Shown here: piece by piece, positions 47,926 through 56,369 of the stretch | Position numbering within the stretch: the stretch's first letter is position 1 | Layout: every line of letters begins with the position of its first letter | NCBI GenBank assembly: GCA_032128115.1 | Contig: JAQBHB010000069.1 | Location: forward strand, 1 to 64,000 | Reading direction: 5' to 3' | DNA length: 64,000 bases | Source: Deltaproteobacteria bacterium | GTDB taxonomy: Bacteria; Myxococcota_A; UBA9160; SMWR01 | Notes under the pieces: generated by a model | Told to the model about the DNA's origin: nothing | The model's database searches: none | Seen by the model: the letters and a program-made list of their open reading frames with translations, nothing else | Made by a program: the position numbers and the translations under genes

Positions 47926-49542
47926 CTACTGGATCCGGCGGTCGGCCCCTGCCCACTCCTTGTCCCGCAGGCGGAACTTCTGGATCTTTCCGGTGGCGGT
48001 CTTGGGCAGCTCCATGAACTCCACCGCCTTCGGGCACTTGAAATGGGCGATGCGCTCTCGGCAGAAGTCGATCAGATCCTGCTCCGTGGCCTCTCGCCCG
48101 GGCCGGAGCGCCACGAAGGCCTTCGGGACCTCGCCCCACTTCGGGTCCGGCATCGCGACCACCGCGCACTCGAGCACCGAAGGGTGCTTCACCAGCGTAT
48201 GCTCCACCTCGATGGTCGAGATGTTTTCGCCGCCGCTGATGATGATGTCCTTCTTGCGGTCGCGCAGCTCGAGGTAGCCGTCCGGGTGCATCACGCCCAG
48301 GTCGCCCGAGTGGAACCAACCACCGGCGAAGGCGTCCGCCGTGGCTTCCGGGTCGTCGAAGTATCCCTTCATCACGTTGTTCCCACGCATGACCACCTCG
48401 CCCATGGTCTCGCCATCGGCGGGAACGTCGACCATCTGGTCGTCGACCACCCGCAGGTGGGTGGCGACCGGATACGGCACACCCTGGCGCGACAGGACCC
48501 GGGCGCGGGCCGCAACGTCCAGCTCCTCCCACTCGGGCTGCATCTGGCAATAGACGTGGGGCCCGTAGGTCTCGGTCAGCCCATATAGGTGGGTGATGCG
48601 GATGCCCAATTCCTGCATCCGGGCCAGCAGGGTCGGCGAGGGCGGGGAGCCCCCGGTGGCCACCCGCAGCGGCGGATCGAATCGGATGCCGCGGGCAGAG
48701 GGATCCTCGGACAGCATCAGCAGCACCGTGGGAGCCCCGCAGAAATGGGTCACCCGGTGCTCGCGGATCTGCTGCAGCACCCGGGCCGGTTCGATGGCGC
48801 GCAGCATCACGTGGGTCCCCCCCGCGGCCGTGACGGCCCACGGAAAACACCAGCCGTTGCAGTGGAACAGGGGAAGCGTCCACAGAAAGATCGAATCCCG
48901 GTCGAGGCCGTGCACCATCACCTCGCTCAGCGCGTTGAGCGTCACGCCGCGGTGGGTGTACATCACGCCCTTGGGGCTGCCGGTGGTGCCGGAGGTGTAG
49001 TTGATCGACGTGAGGCGATCCTCGTCGTCCAGTGCGCTCGAGGTGGGCAGCACCGGCGCGCCGTCGAGGAACGCGTCGAAGCTGGGGCCGTCCAGGGGCG
49101 ACCCGATTGCGCCGGCCAACGGATCCTCCAGGTTCACCCAGGTGGGCGAGGTCTCGACACTGCCCCGGTCGATCTGGCTCGCCAGCTCGGGATCCACGAG
49201 CACCACTTTCGCCTGCGAATGATTCAGGATGTACGCAACCTCTTCCGATTGCAGCCGTGTATTGACGGTCACCAGCACCGCGCGCACGCGCAGAACGGCG
49301 AAGTGCGCCGCGAGCACGCCGGGGACATTCGGCGCCAGCAGCGCTACGCGATCGCCCGGCATGATTCCGGCGCGCACCAGGGCGCCGGCGAAGCGCCCGA
49401 CGAGTTCGGCGAAGCCGGACCAGCTCCACCGGCGGTCGCCGTAGATCACCGCGGTCTTGTCGGGAAACACGCGAAGCGTGCGCTCGAGAAACGCCAGGGG
49501 CGTCAGGGGATCGTGGGAAACGCAGAGGTCCGGGGCCGGCAC
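47926..49542 (-). CDS. Acyl-CoA synthetase / AMP-binding protein
   Basis: YTSGTTGSPKG, YGLTE, FHSGD, DRKKDIIISGGEN, PKTATGK. Confidence 0.93.
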   Translation of the reverse strand: MPAPDLCVSHDPLTPLAFLERTLRVFPDKTAVIYGDRRWSWSGFAELVGRFAGALVRAGIMPGDRVALLAPNVPGVLAAHFAVLRVRAVLVTVNTRLQSEEVAYILNHSQAKVVLVDPELASQIDRGSVETSPTWVNLEDPLAGAIGSPLDGPSFDAFLDGAPVLPTSSALDDEDRLTSINYTSGTTGSPKGVMYTHRGVTLNALSEVMVHGLDRDSIFLWTLPLFHCNGWCFPWAVTAAGGTHVMLRAIEPARVLQQIREHRVTHFCGAPTVLLMLSEDPSARGIRFDPPLRVATGGSPPSPTLLARMQELGIRITHLYGLTETYGPHVYCQMQPEWEELDVAARARVLSRQGVPYPVATHLRVVDDQMVDVPADGETMGEVVMRGNNVMKGYFDDPEATADAFAGGWFHSGDLGVMHPDGYLELRDRKKDIIISGGENISTIEVEHTLVKHPSVLECAVVAMPDPKWGEVPKAFVALRPGREATEQDLIDFCRERIAHFKCPKAVEFMELPKTATGKIQKFRLRDKEWAGADRRIQ

Positions 49543-49799
49543 GCGCCCAGTATATCGTCACGGACTCGGACGCGGACCCGCAAAGGACGAGAACACGCGT
49601 CGCGCGCGAGGCAACGAGCCAGGTCCCTTCGGACGGGGAGTATCTCGCTGCGGAACTTCCGCTGCGACGTACGGACCCGGGGCCACCCCGCGCGCGACGC
49701 GCGAGCAGCATCTGCTGGCCTCATCATCGACACGTGGGAAGGCAGAATCGGTGCGGAGGATCACAATTGCGGGCCCGTGTGGGGCGGCCTCCGGGCGAG

Positions 49800-49861
49800 A
49801 AAAAGCCCCGGGAGCAGGTGCTTCACCCTTGCGCGGTCTACGGCATCCGCGCTCCCGGGGC
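49800..49861 (-). terminator. Intrinsic terminator-like structure on the minus strand
   Basis: 11-bp stem gccccgggagc (49805-49815) / gctcccggggc (49851-49861) followed by TTTTT on the minus strand. Confidence 0.6.
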
Positions 49862-49923
49862 GGTGGCGCTGGGAACCTCGCGTCCCCCTCACGCCGAAAC
49901 GTCTCAAGCGATTCGGCCCGGCG

Positions 49924-49968
49924 TCAGGACGCCGCCACCTCACTCGCCGTAGAGCATTGTTGATGCAC
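49924..49968 (-). CDS. Candidate micropeptide MHQQCSTASEVAAS
   Basis: GGAGGTGAT immediately upstream of GTG 49968; TGA at 49924-49926. Confidence 0.4.
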   Translation of the reverse strand: MHQQCSTASEVAAS

Positions 49969-50247
49969 TGAATCACCTCCGTTTCGGCGTAGGGAACACC
50001 CAGCGAGGCCCAGACCCCGCCTCCGGTCCCGGTTATGGGGTGGTCGCCGAAACCTCCCCTCCGGGCCGCCCCACGCACACGACCGAACGCTCCGGCACGC
50101 GGCGCGGGACTCGGGGACGAGTGAGGTCCCCTGTCCCGACCTTATCGGAAGGCCGTCCAACCCACCACAGCCGGGTCGCGGGCGTGCAGCAGCTGCCGAA
50201 CCTGCGCTCTACACTCGCGGCCGCATGGATGCCGCCCCAGACCTCCA

Positions 50248-51216
50248 ATGACCCACCTCCGCGTCATCGGGCTCCTGATCGCCATGACCGTGGCGATCGC
50301 GAGCTGGGGGCTCACCTGCAGCGCCTGGCGCTACGACCGCGTGATGGCGGGCATTCTTCCCCTTTCACCCCGGAGCTTCGGGCGTCTGACCGTGATCACG
50401 CTGGGTACCGGCGGAGCCCGGGAGAATCCGGATCGCCGCGGGCCCAGCCTGGCCGTGGGCTTCGGTTCCCGGGTCGTGCTCGTGGATGCCGGGAGGGCGG
50501 TGGCCGAGTCACTGCGGGCCGCGAAGATCCCCGTGTCCCAGGCGGGGCCCGTCCTCCTCAGCAACCTGCTGCCCGAGAACACCGTGGGTCTCGACGACCT
50601 GCTGTTGACGGGCTGGCTCGATGGTCGCAGCGAGCCCCTGCAGCTGGTGGGGCCCGTGGGTACCCGGGCCCTGGCGAACGCACTCGTGGCGGGTCACCAG
50701 CGGGCGATCGCGGCTGCAACCGCGGCGCGCGGCCTGGCGCCCGCAGGCGCGAGCTTCCAGGTGGAAGAGATCGACGAGGGCTGGTCGCGGTCGTGGGACG
50801 GCGTCACCGCCACCGCCGGCGCCCTGCCCGGCGGTCCCGTGGAAGCCTTTGCCTGGCGCCTGACCCACGCAGACCGATCCGTGGTGGTGGGAGGCAGTGG
50901 TTGGGCCGACGGCGCGTTGGCCGCGTTCGCCCACGGCGCCGACGTGCTGGTGCACGAGGCGGTCTTCATCCCGACCCCCGAGGTGGCCGCTGCACTGGAG
51001 CTTCAGGTGGCGCCCGAAACCCTGCGGCGCGATGCCGCCCTGCACACGGGGCTCGATCGGGTGGGCGCCCTGGCGCGCGAGGCATCGGTCTCGACGCTGG
51101 TGCTGGTTCGCCTGTTCCCGCCGCCGGTCTTCGACCTGCAGATCACCAGCGTGGTGGACGACGAATTCGACGGCAGGATCGTGATCGCCGACGACGGCGA
51201 CGAGATCACACCGTAA
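50248..51216 (+). CDS. RNase Z/AtsA-like metallo-beta-lactamase-fold protein with degenerate metal motifs, probably exported
   Basis: LGTGG, LVDAG, SNLLPEN in place of THLHSDH, VLVHEA; hydrophobic N-terminus with LTC. Confidence 0.8.
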   Translation: MTHLRVIGLLIAMTVAIASWGLTCSAWRYDRVMAGILPLSPRSFGRLTVITLGTGGARENPDRRGPSLAVGFGSRVVLVDAGRAVAESLRAAKIPVSQAGPVLLSNLLPENTVGLDDLLLTGWLDGRSEPLQLVGPVGTRALANALVAGHQRAIAAATAARGLAPAGASFQVEEIDEGWSRSWDGVTATAGALPGGPVEAFAWRLTHADRSVVVGGSGWADGALAAFAHGADVLVHEAVFIPTPEVAAALELQVAPETLRRDAALHTGLDRVGALAREASVSTLVLVRLFPPPVFDLQITSVVDDEFDGRIVIADDGDEITP

Positions 51217-52594
51217 CGCCGGGCTCTTGTTGCGGTTCGGCCGCGGGCGCGGGGGGCGGCAGGGCCCACGGCAGCGGATCCGCGGGTCGGTCGTCCTCGT
51301 CCCGCTCCCCGCTGAATCGCCGCCGCTGCTCGACGTAGTAGGAGACGCCCGGGGCCTGGGCGATGGCTTCGTCGATGGTGGCGATCGCCTGGTCGTTCCA
51401 TCCCAGCTGGTACTGAACCTCCGCCAGGGTATCCAGGATTCCGGGAATCGATCGCTCGGTCTCGACCACCGCCCGCTCCGCCAGCTGCAGGGCCGCCTCG
51501 AACTCCTCGCGCGTGGAATTCGGCGAGATGGCGATCATCCAGGCCTGGTCGTTGAGTTCCCCGGGCGATATGCCCGGAAGCCGCACCAGTCGCTCCGCGT
51601 AGCGCGCTACGTAACTCCCCCTGCCCCCGAACTCGGCCGTCGCTGCGCCCAGCGACAGCAGAACCCAGGCCACCACGGCCAGCGTGGCGGCGCGCAGCCA
51701 CACGGGATCGCGACCCGTGGGCAGGCTGCGACCCGCGAACGCGCCGGTGACCAGGAACCCCGCGATGAATCCCCCCACGTGGGCAGCGCCCGCGATGAAA
51801 GGGACGAGCGTCATGATCCCGGCGTTCACCAGCAGCAGGACGACGAAGGCGCGGCGCGGAATCCGAAGCCAGACGGGCAGCTGCTCGGCACAGCGAAGCT
51901 CGAGCCACATGGCGGCCCCCGCCAGCCCGAAGACCACCCCCGACACACCCACCACCCGGCCGTAGCCGGCGATGGCGCTGGCGCCCATGGCGGCCACCGC
52001 CGAGATCGCCATCACGACCGTCGTGCGCCGGCTGCCCAGGGGGCGCTCCACCAGTGTCCCCAGGGCCACCAGCGCAACCAGGTTGAGCCCCAGGTGGATG
52101 GGAAAGGATGGAAGACCGTGCAGGAGCGTGGCCGTGACGATCCGCCACAGGTCTCCGTCCTGCACCAGGATCGGGATGAACGAACCCACTGTCTCCAGAG
52201 GAGCACCCAGGGCAAGCTGCAGGGGAAGCATCAGCAGGCAGGCCGCCGCCAGGGTCCAGGTGGCAACGGGGCGCGACGCGCCCAGGGCGCGCGCGCCCAG
52301 CTCGGCCATGCGGACCAGCCGCTCCTCGCCGTCGGGGAGGTTGCTCACCCGGAGCAACAGGGCGCGCACCAGCTCGTCGGGGCCGTGGGGATCGACGAAA
52401 ACGCGCCGCGACAGGGGATAGACGGAGCCTCGGGCCCCGATGAAGACGGTGCGCGGCGACGCCAACACCTGGGTGATCTCCGAGTAGGGGGTGTAGGTGT
52501 GGCCCCGCCCGTTGGGCGAGAGGGGATGTTCGACCCCCTCGGCGCCGAGCACGATGGCATTCGGATACCCGTGCAGGTGGAATCGATCGGTCAT
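51206..52594 (-). CDS. Rhomboid intramembrane serine protease with a C-terminal TPR
   Basis: WRIVT, HLGLN, GVSG, AHVGG; ILDTLAEV TPR-like tail. Confidence 0.88.
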   Translation of the reverse strand: MTDRFHLHGYPNAIVLGAEGVEHPLSPNGRGHTYTPYSEITQVLASPRTVFIGARGSVYPLSRRVFVDPHGPDELVRALLLRVSNLPDGEERLVRMAELGARALGASRPVATWTLAAACLLMLPLQLALGAPLETVGSFIPILVQDGDLWRIVTATLLHGLPSFPIHLGLNLVALVALGTLVERPLGSRRTTVVMAISAVAAMGASAIAGYGRVVGVSGVVFGLAGAAMWLELRCAEQLPVWLRIPRRAFVVLLLVNAGIMTLVPFIAGAAHVGGFIAGFLVTGAFAGRSLPTGRDPVWLRAATLAVVAWVLLSLGAATAEFGGRGSYVARYAERLVRLPGISPGELNDQAWMIAISPNSTREEFEAALQLAERAVVETERSIPGILDTLAEVQYQLGWNDQAIATIDEAIAQAPGVSYYVEQRRRFSGERDEDDRPADPLPWALPPPAPAAEPQQEPGVTV

Positions 52595-52662
52595 GACACG
52601 AGGCTAGCAACCAGGCTGGCAAGGGGGAGCGACAACGGCCTCCCGGACGTCGGACCCTCGGG

Positions 52663-53937
52663 TCAGGAGCGCTTCGGCAGCGGCAGGGTCGGGAAGATGC
52701 GGCTGAAGACCAGGTAGACCAGGACGAAGGCACCGAAGAAGCCGGCCGCGATTCCCAGCTGGATCGGTCCCAGCCAGGACATTCCATCGTCGGGCATCAG
52801 CGACGGCCAGACCAGCGCGTTGCGCTCGAACCAGAAGCCCGCCAGCACGAACGCCGCCACCGTGCCCAGGATGGCCGGGGTCTGCTTGGGCTTCTGCCCC
52901 AGCAGCACCCAGAAGGGCACGATCCAACAGCCCACCCAGGCCGTGAGCGAGAGCCGGACGTACGGCTCTTCCAGGCGCGACAGGACGAAGTGCCAGGTGT
53001 CCTGGAAGAACTGGCTGCCCAGGCGGGCCTCCAGGAACTGGGTCTCCTCGGGAAGATTGCCGTACCAGATCACGATGTACTGGCTGAAGAAGAGGTACAT
53101 CCAGAAGATCGAGAACGCGAAGATCATCTTGCCCAGGTCGTGCATCCGCGCCGGCGTGATCTCGCCGCCCCAGCCCGCGGAGCGCCGCAGCAGCACGCAG
53201 ATCAGGGCGGTGGACGCGATGGCCGACAGAAAGCCGCCCCACGCGAAGTACCAACCGAAGATGTTCGAGTACCAGGTGGGCGTAAGCGACATCACCTGGT
53301 CGTAGCCGATCACCGTGTACCCGAAGGCGTAGGCCAGGCAGATGATGGGGGCGAGCACCCGGAGCTTCCGGTCCGACTCGGCTCGCTCCTGGTCGTCGCC
53401 CCGCCAGTTAGCCGTCCAGCGGGCGAACATGCCCTGGGCCGCCGGTGCGCGCTCGCTGGCGCCGTGTAGCGCCGGCCGGAACGACAGGCGCAGGAATCGC
53501 AGGGTCAAGAGCGCCATCACCAACAGGATCGCCAGGTCCGTGATCATCACCCGCGGCATGTTCAGCCACGGCTCCTTGCCGGGGGGCGCTCCGTGGATCC
53601 AGGCGGCGTAGATGTACTCCTGCCCGAAGAATCCGATGCAGCCGAGCACGAAGGTGATCGGGACCCAGGCCGCCAGCCCCTCGGCCACGTGGCGAACCGG
53701 GCCGGCCCAGCGGGCCCCCACGATCACCAGCGCACAGGCCAGCACCATGCCACCCTGGGCGAGGGTGCCAAAGTAGAGGTAGTTCACATGGAAGGCGATC
53801 CACGCGGTGGCCGGGTCATCGCTTGCCAGGCCCATCAGGAAGGAGAAGACCCCCACCACGATCAGGACCCCGCAGACCGCCACCACCTGGCGCGGCAGCT
53901 CGCGAGGATTCGCCGTCTCGACCCCGACGATGCTCAC
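52663..53937 (-). CDS. actF: Alternative complex III subunit ActF
   Basis: Polytopic; MSLTPTWYSNIFG, HDLGK, IWYGNLPEE. Confidence 0.88.
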   Translation of the reverse strand: MSIVGVETANPRELPRQVVAVCGVLIVVGVFSFLMGLASDDPATAWIAFHVNYLYFGTLAQGGMVLACALVIVGARWAGPVRHVAEGLAAWVPITFVLGCIGFFGQEYIYAAWIHGAPPGKEPWLNMPRVMITDLAILLVMALLTLRFLRLSFRPALHGASERAPAAQGMFARWTANWRGDDQERAESDRKLRVLAPIICLAYAFGYTVIGYDQVMSLTPTWYSNIFGWYFAWGGFLSAIASTALICVLLRRSAGWGGEITPARMHDLGKMIFAFSIFWMYLFFSQYIVIWYGNLPEETQFLEARLGSQFFQDTWHFVLSRLEEPYVRLSLTAWVGCWIVPFWVLLGQKPKQTPAILGTVAAFVLAGFWFERNALVWPSLMPDDGMSWLGPIQLGIAAGFFGAFVLVYLVFSRIFPTLPLPKRS

Positions 53938-54506
53938 GGCTGGATTCCCTTCTGCTTGTTCAGGTAGCGGATGTAGTTGACGATGTCCCAGCGGTCGTCC
54001 GAGGGGATGCGCGCGTAGCCGGGCATGCGCCGGCGGCCGTAGCGGACCGTGGTGTAGACGTGACCGTCGCTCCTGGCGGTGGCCACCACCAGGGGCAGGA
54101 CGCCCTGCAGCGGGCCCTGGATCGACCCGGTGGCGCTCACCGGCCCGTCGCCCATTCCGGACGCACCGTGGCAGGCCACGCAGTAACGCTCGAACTGGAA
54201 GCGGCCGTTCTCCACCGACGCCAGATTCATGGCTCGCGGATTCACCAGGGAGTCGGACGCGGAATCCACCAGGTTCGAGACCTCCGCCTCGCCCCCGTCG
54301 ATGGGCACGCTGCCCTCGGGCGGCACGAAGCCCTCCACCTGGCCGTCGAATCCCACCCTTTCAAAGGCCTGGATCGCCGGTTGCCACTTCATCTGCGGCC
54401 ACCAGTCGTTGGACCACTGCTCCCAGCAGGCGATCGGACCACAGCAGACCAGCGCCGCCAGGAGGGCCCGCGTGCGCAGGTGGCGGCGACCGCTAGCGCT
54501 CGACAA
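53934..54506 (-). CDS. actE: Alternative complex III monoheme cytochrome c lipoprotein ActE
   Basis: Lipobox-like IAC, PPEGSVP, CVACHG, MP...DRWDIVNYIR. Confidence 0.87.
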   Translation of the reverse strand: MSSASGRRHLRTRALLAALVCCGPIACWEQWSNDWWPQMKWQPAIQAFERVGFDGQVEGFVPPEGSVPIDGGEAEVSNLVDSASDSLVNPRAMNLASVENGRFQFERYCVACHGASGMGDGPVSATGSIQGPLQGVLPLVVATARSDGHVYTTVRYGRRRMPGYARIPSDDRWDIVNYIRYLNKQKGIQP

Positions 54507-54996
54507 GGTTCACCTCCACGGCGCCCTCGGCCCGCATCAGGCCTTCCACCTCGATCACATCGCGATCGGGACAGCGCACGGCCACGCCAAACTCCTCTGC
54601 CGAGAAGCGCGGGCTGTAGGCCGCGTCCCGGGAGAAGCTCGGGAGCCGTCCCACTACGAACAGACCCAGGGCGGTGAGCAGACCCCCGAACAGGATCGTC
54701 AGCTCGAAGGCGATGATCGTGTAGGGCGGGATCGACGAGTAGGGCTTGCCACCGATCGCGATCTGCCAGTCGTTGGCCATCCAGATCGTGAGGGCGTAAC
54801 CGGTGATCACGCCGGTCAGCCCGCCGATCAGGGTGAAGATCCGCACGCCGCTCGGCTTCTCGATCACGGCGTCGTCCACCTCGGCGAAGGGTGCCGGCGA
54901 GTAGGTTTCCAGGTCGGTGAATCCCCGACCGCGCAGCTTGCGCGCGATGCTCGCCACCTCGTCCGGCTTCTCGTAGACCCCAAGCAGCTGCGGCAT
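54493..54996 (-). CDS. actD: Alternative complex III subunit ActD (DUF3341)
   Basis: ATG overlapping the actC stop; YSP.P, IGGKP, FELTILF. Confidence 0.87.
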   Translation of the reverse strand: MPQLLGVYEKPDEVASIARKLRGRGFTDLETYSPAPFAEVDDAVIEKPSGVRIFTLIGGLTGVITGYALTIWMANDWQIAIGGKPYSSIPPYTIIAFELTILFGGLLTALGLFVVGRLPSFSRDAAYSPRFSAEEFGVAVRCPDRDVIEVEGLMRAEGAVEVNLVER

Positions 54997-56369
54997 CAGT
55001 GCGCCCCTCCTGCGTGGGCCTTCGCGTGGATCGCCAGTTCCTTCATCTCGGCGATCGCCACCACCGGGAAGAGCTTGAGGAAGATCAGGAACAGCATGCA
55101 GAACCAGGCGAAGCTTCCCGCCACGATGCCGAGTTCGGCCCAGCTGATGGTGTAGATGCCCCAGACCGCCGGGTCGTACTCCCTGGACAGGCCCGTGATG
55201 ATGATGACGTAGCGCTCGAACCACATGCCGATGTTGACCAACACCGACAGCACGAACAGGGTGGGCACGTGGGTGCGGATCTTCTTGAACCACAGCAGCT
55301 GCGGGAACATCACGTTGCAGCTGATCATGACCCACGTGGAGATCCAGTACGGTCCGAATGCGCGCAGCCAGAAGGCGGTCTGCTCGGCCTCGACGGCGCT
55401 GTACCAGGAGATGAAGTACTCGGCGACGTACGCGTAACCCACGATCAGGGAGGTGAGCAGCAGGAACCTGGACATGTTCTCCAGGTGGTAGTTGGTGATG
55501 TAGCCCTCGAGTCCGAAGATGCGCCGCACCGGGATCATGATGGTGAGCACCATGGCGAACCCGGAAAAGATCGCGCCCGCCACGAAATAGGGGCCGAAGA
55601 TCGTCGCGTGCCAGCCGGGCACGATCGACATGGCGAAGTCCCAGGACACGACGCTGTGCACCGACAGCACCAGCGGCGTGGCCAGTCCCGACAGGTGCAG
55701 CACCGTGCGGTTGTGGGACTTCCACTGGCGCGAGGTTCCCTGCCAGCCCAGCGACAGGATCGAATACAGCACCCGGCGCCAGCCGCTGGCCCGGTCGCGG
55801 GCAATGGCGATGTCCGGGATCAGCCCGATGTACAGGAAGACGATCGAGATGGTGGCGTACGTGGAGATCGCAAACGTGTCCCACAACAGCGGGCTCTTGA
55901 AGTTCACCCACAGGCCCCGCTGGTTGGGGTACGGCAGGATGAAGTACGCCTTCCAGACGCGCCCCACGTGGATGCCCAGGAACATGCCTGCCGTGGTGAC
56001 GGCGAAGACCGTCATGGCCTCGGCGCTGCGATTGATGGCGTTTCGCCACCTGGCGCGGAACAGGTAGAGGATCGCCGAGATCAGGGTGCCGGCGTGGGCG
56101 ATGCCCACCCAGAACACGAACGTGACGATGTAGGCGCCCCAGAAGACCGGGTGGACGTAGCCGGCGATGCCGAGGCCCTCATAGATCTGGTAGATCCAGA
56201 TGACGGCGGCCATCCCCACGATACTCATGGCGATCAGCAGCAGCAGCCAGTAGCCGGGGGATGTCCCCTTCATCACGCCGAGGATGTCGACGTTGATCTT
56301 CGAATCCGGCGGCATGGGAGCCGTTCGGATCATCGCTGCTACCGATTCAGCGGGAGGCGGCGGCGTCAT
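54996..56369 (-). CDS. actC: Alternative complex III quinol-oxidising NrfD-like subunit ActC
   Basis: FVFWVGIAHAGTLISAIL, NFKSPLLWD, SVHSVVSWDFA, GMWFERY. Confidence 0.93.
   Translation of the reverse strand: MTPPPPAESVAAMIRTAPMPPDSKINVDILGVMKGTSPGYWLLLLIAMSIVGMAAVIWIYQIYEGLGIAGYVHPVFWGAYIVTFVFWVGIAHAGTLISAILYLFRARWRNAINRSAEAMTVFAVTTAGMFLGIHVGRVWKAYFILPYPNQRGLWVNFKSPLLWDTFAISTYATISIVFLYIGLIPDIAIARDRASGWRRVLYSILSLGWQGTSRQWKSHNRTVLHLSGLATPLVLSVHSVVSWDFAMSIVPGWHATIFGPYFVAGAIFSGFAMVLTIMIPVRRIFGLEGYITNYHLENMSRFLLLTSLIVGYAYVAEYFISWYSAVEAEQTAFWLRAFGPYWISTWVMISCNVMFPQLLWFKKIRTHVPTLFVLSVLVNIGMWFERYVIIITGLSREYDPAVWGIYTISWAELGIVAGSFAWFCMLFLIFLKLFPVVAIAEMKELAIHAKAHAGGAH

Larger units (their letters stand above)
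49800..50140 (-). ncRNA. Candidate structured RNA carrying a 14-codon micro-ORF; 5' end uncertain
   Basis: Nested inverted repeats, strong SD and terminator (see findings). Confidence 0.45.

Noticed and set aside
49560..50240. tmRNA, RNase P RNA or a known riboswitch in the large intergenic gap
   Set aside because: No tRNA-like ends, no GAGGAAAGUCC core and no aptamer consensus that I recognise; kept instead as an unknown candidate
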